Of a stretch of 64,000 nucleotides of DNA, positions 61,318 to 64,000 are shown piece after piece (position 1 is the first letter of the stretch; each line of letters begins with the position of its first letter). The position numbers and the translations under genes were made by a program. The notes under the pieces were generated by a model. That model saw only the letters and a program-made list of their open reading frames with translations, was not told the DNA's origin and made no database searches. This DNA is from Chitinophagaceae bacterium (lineage in GTDB: Bacteria; Bacteroidota; Bacteroidia; Chitinophagales; Chitinophagaceae). The DNA is taken from NCBI GenBank assembly GCA_023957575.1, contig JAMLGU010000013.1:3053-67052 (forward strand), in the 5' to 3' direction.

Positions 61318-61752
61318 AAGCTAAATTACATATCAAAAAGTTGTTTTAAAAATAATTTGTTTTCTGCTATTAAATATTTAAGTTATTTGAAATAACAAAA
61401 CCGAAAAGCGTTATAAATAGCCTGATATTGAAAATAATAATAATTTTGGTTGTCAATAAAATACATTCAAACCTACGCATCATTCTTTTTGACCTTTATA
61501 TTAAATGCTTCTGTTAAAGGAAGCTGTCATTTAAATCATAATTAAATGATTATCAAATAATTAATACTATGTTAATCGCTTTCCATGACCTCGGATGTAT
61601 TAATAATCATGCTGTTCGGCCCAGTTTTCTAATTTCTGTTTTTACTATAATATTCGGAAAGTGCTTTATATTTTTTACAAAAAAAATATTCTTGCGCCTT
61701 TTACCAAAAAACTACATTAATTTTATGTAATAATACTAAACTAAAACTTTTT

Positions 61753-62685
61753 TTGGGGTTGAAAAAAACTATTTCTATTGTAGTACCGGCTTACAATGAA
61801 GCAGGTAATATTGTGTTGCTGTTTCAAAAAATATGCCGTGTTTTTGAAGGTTTGCCTCAATATAATTTTGAGGTTATTTATGTAAATGATGGCAGCAATG
61901 ACAGTACCTGCACTGTCTTACATAAACTGGCCTCGTCTTATAAGAATATTAAATTTATTGATTTTTCAAAAAATTTTGGCCACCAGATGGCGGTTAAGGC
62001 CGGTATAGATCATGCCTTTGGCGATGCGGTAATCTCTATTGACGGAGATTTGCAACATCCTCCTGAATTAATTAAGGTTTTAATTGAAGAATGGGAGAAA
62101 GGATATGATGTGGTTTATACACTTCGTACTTATTGCAGTGAAGAGCCTGCCACCAAACGCTGGACTTCCAAGCTATATTATAAAGTACTTAAGGTTGTTG
62201 CGGATGTTGAAATTGAAGAAGGCAGCGCCGATTTCAGGTTAATAGACAAAAAAGTTGCAGATATATTTAGAAAGATTGAAGATACAGACCCCTTTTTAAG
62301 AGGACTGATTAAATGGATGGGTTTCTCTCGAAAAGCAATTCGGTATCAGGCCGATCAACGTTTTTCGGGCAGTTCAACCTACAATTTCAAAAAAATGATG
62401 CAATTGGCGGTCAGTGGTATCACCTCCTTCAGCACCAAACCACTTCATATTGCAGTGTACTTGGGTTTCTTTTTTGCAATGGCTTCAATTTTGTATATTC
62501 CTTATGTGATATGGGCATTTGTAAGTGGAACCGAAATATCGGGTTGGGCATCTCTAATAATGACAGTGGTTTTTTTTGGCGGCCTTCACCTGGTCATTCT
62601 TGGTGTATTAGGTATTTATATAGGAAAGATTTTTAAACAAACAAAACACCGCCCGAACTATATTATCAAGGAAAAAAATTTTTAA
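61753..62685 (+). CDS. GT2 glycosyltransferase (DPM/GtrB/ArnC-like)
   Basis: VVPAYNE, VNDGSND, SKNFGHQ, DGDLQHPP, ADFRL.D, two C-terminal TMs. Confidence 0.92.
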   Translation: MGLKKTISIVVPAYNEAGNIVLLFQKICRVFEGLPQYNFEVIYVNDGSNDSTCTVLHKLASSYKNIKFIDFSKNFGHQMAVKAGIDHAFGDAVISIDGDLQHPPELIKVLIEEWEKGYDVVYTLRTYCSEEPATKRWTSKLYYKVLKVVADVEIEEGSADFRLIDKKVADIFRKIEDTDPFLRGLIKWMGFSRKAIRYQADQRFSGSSTYNFKKMMQLAVSGITSFSTKPLHIAVYLGFFFAMASILYIPYVIWAFVSGTEISGWASLIMTVVFFGGLHLVILGVLGIYIGKIFKQTKHRPNYIIKEKNF

Positions 62686-62688
62686 ATC

Positions 62689-63468
62689 GTGGTTTGCCTC
62701 AGTTTTGATATTGAAGAGTTTGATATGCCTTTGGAATATAAAGGCGTAATTTCATTTGAAGAACAAATTAGTGTTTCACGCAGTGGGCTTAAAATAATTT
62801 TGGATCTTTTAAGAAAATTTGAAATCAAAGCTACTTTTTTTTCAACAGTTGTATTTGCTCAAAACAATTTGGATTTAATAAAAGAAATAGTGGGTGAAGG
62901 GCATGAACTGGCTTCTCATACCTATTATCATTCAAAATTTGACATTAAGGACCTTTTAAGTTCGAAGCAGGAGTTGGAAAGTCTTTCAGGCAGACAAATA
63001 CAAGGTTTGCGTATGCCTCGTATGATGCAGGTTGCCGATTCGGATGTATTGGCGGCGGGTTATCGGTACAATTCCTCCATTAATCCAACCTGGTTGCCGG
63101 GGCGTTATGATAACCGGCATTTACCTCGTACACTTTTTATAGAAAAAGGATTGATTCAAATTCCGGCATCCGTGTCACCAAGGTTGCGCTTCCCTTTATT
63201 TTGGCTTAGTTTTCATAATTTGCCGCTATCTGTTTATTTATTACTTCTCCAAAAGGCGTATCAAAAAGATGGATATTTAAATTTGTATTTTCATCCCTGG
63301 GAGTTTATTGATATTAAAAAGAAAGCTTATTGTCTCCCAAAATATACTTGTATCAATACGGGTAATAGAATGATAATTCGTTTTACCAGATTGCTGGAAT
63401 GGATAAAAAAGAAGAATTATTCAGGTAATACTTTAGAAAATCTTGCCGGTAGCTTCGAAACCAAATAA
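62689..63468 (+). CDS. Polysaccharide deacetylase family protein
   Basis: LSFDIEE, KATFF, HELASH, G.R.PR, Y.YNSS, YFHPWE. Confidence 0.85.
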   Translation: MVCLSFDIEEFDMPLEYKGVISFEEQISVSRSGLKIILDLLRKFEIKATFFSTVVFAQNNLDLIKEIVGEGHELASHTYYHSKFDIKDLLSSKQELESLSGRQIQGLRMPRMMQVADSDVLAAGYRYNSSINPTWLPGRYDNRHLPRTLFIEKGLIQIPASVSPRLRFPLFWLSFHNLPLSVYLLLLQKAYQKDGYLNLYFHPWEFIDIKKKAYCLPKYTCINTGNRMIIRFTRLLEWIKKKNYSGNTLENLAGSFETK

Positions 63469-63477
63469 CAAGTTTTC

Positions 63478-63963
63478 ATGTTGGGAGAAAGGAAAAATAC
63501 AATGTACAGCCTTACTGAAAAAGTATTAGATATTTTTTATCCGATGTTGAGAGGTGTTATGACCAAGCAGGTGTATCGTTTCCTTGCTGTTGGGGGAGTT
63601 TGCTTTGCAGTAAATATTCTTATTTTTCATAGTTCTTATCATTGGGTGTATAAGCCATATCAAATATCTACACCATATTTACCGGCTTATATGTTTGCTT
63701 TTTTTACTTCTTTGGCGATAACCATATTGTTAGGCTTTTTTTTAAATTATTATTTTGTATTTCATGGCTCTGTATTGGAAAGGCGGGTACAGTTTTTTCG
63801 GTTTTCTTATTCTACCCTGTTGGAGGCAATTGCAGGTTATTATTTGATGCGTTTTTTTGTTGAAAAATTACTATGGTTTCCAACCCTTGCGCTCATCGTG
63901 AATGTGGCAATCGTTCAAACGGTTAATTATTTTATTCAAAGAGATTATTCGTTTAAAAAATAG
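63478..63963 (+). CDS. GtrA family flippase-like membrane protein
   Basis: RFLAVGG, F.LNYYFVF, QFFRF, NYFIQR..SF; four hydrophobic segments. Confidence 0.85.
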   Translation: MLGERKNTMYSLTEKVLDIFYPMLRGVMTKQVYRFLAVGGVCFAVNILIFHSSYHWVYKPYQISTPYLPAYMFAFFTSLAITILLGFFLNYYFVFHGSVLERRVQFFRFSYSTLLEAIAGYYLMRFFVEKLLWFPTLALIVNVAIVQTVNYFIQRDYSFKK

Positions 63964-64000
63964 ATTATCATGATTTCTGTTTATGGATTTTTGACACTTG

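Noticed and set aside
1336-63963. Many 60-165 aa ORFs in the track that lie antisense to or nested within recognised genes (e.g. 5613-6110, 7371-7812, 21483-22280, 46470-46901, 48662-49123)
   Set aside because: Shadow frames of strong conserved CDSs, with no motifs or independent start context
63970-64000. ATG starting a possible next gene at the right edge
   Set aside because: Only 10 codons visible; cannot be supported

Overview
64 kb of a low-GC Bacteroidota chromosome, probably Chitinophagaceae/Sphingobacteriales-like (inferred from TAnnTTTG promoters, fused SecDF, split transketolase and a NUDIX-type AraR). Most of it is housekeeping: an L-arabinose locus (araR, galM, tkt N/C, araB, araD, araA, SSS transporter) with a tandem class II aldolase, proA, ldhA, secDF, aspC, arcA-ctlX, ackA-pta, menFDBCE, and a GT2/deacetylase/GtrA cluster. 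Three AT-rich accessory patches interrupt it. (1) IS4 next to an XRE-IrrE/PIN gene pair (15.2-18.3 kb). (2) At 30-39.7 kb: two genes sharing a perfect 28-bp upstream element, a decayed IS66 with no target duplication, and an apparent integron-type gene cassette. The cassette has a GTTGGGC core, a complementary GCCCAAC inverse core and a ~130-bp attC-like palindrome. It carries an uncharacterised 260-aa protein coupled to a PIN nuclease, with an intact ISAs1 in its leader. (3) An Mrr-type nuclease next to a coiled-coil membrane protein (59.7-61.3 kb). The cassette-borne PIN module is the best candidate for an undescribed system. No rRNA, tRNA, CRISPR array or integrase was seen. All family calls come from motif recognition by eye; no database search was run.
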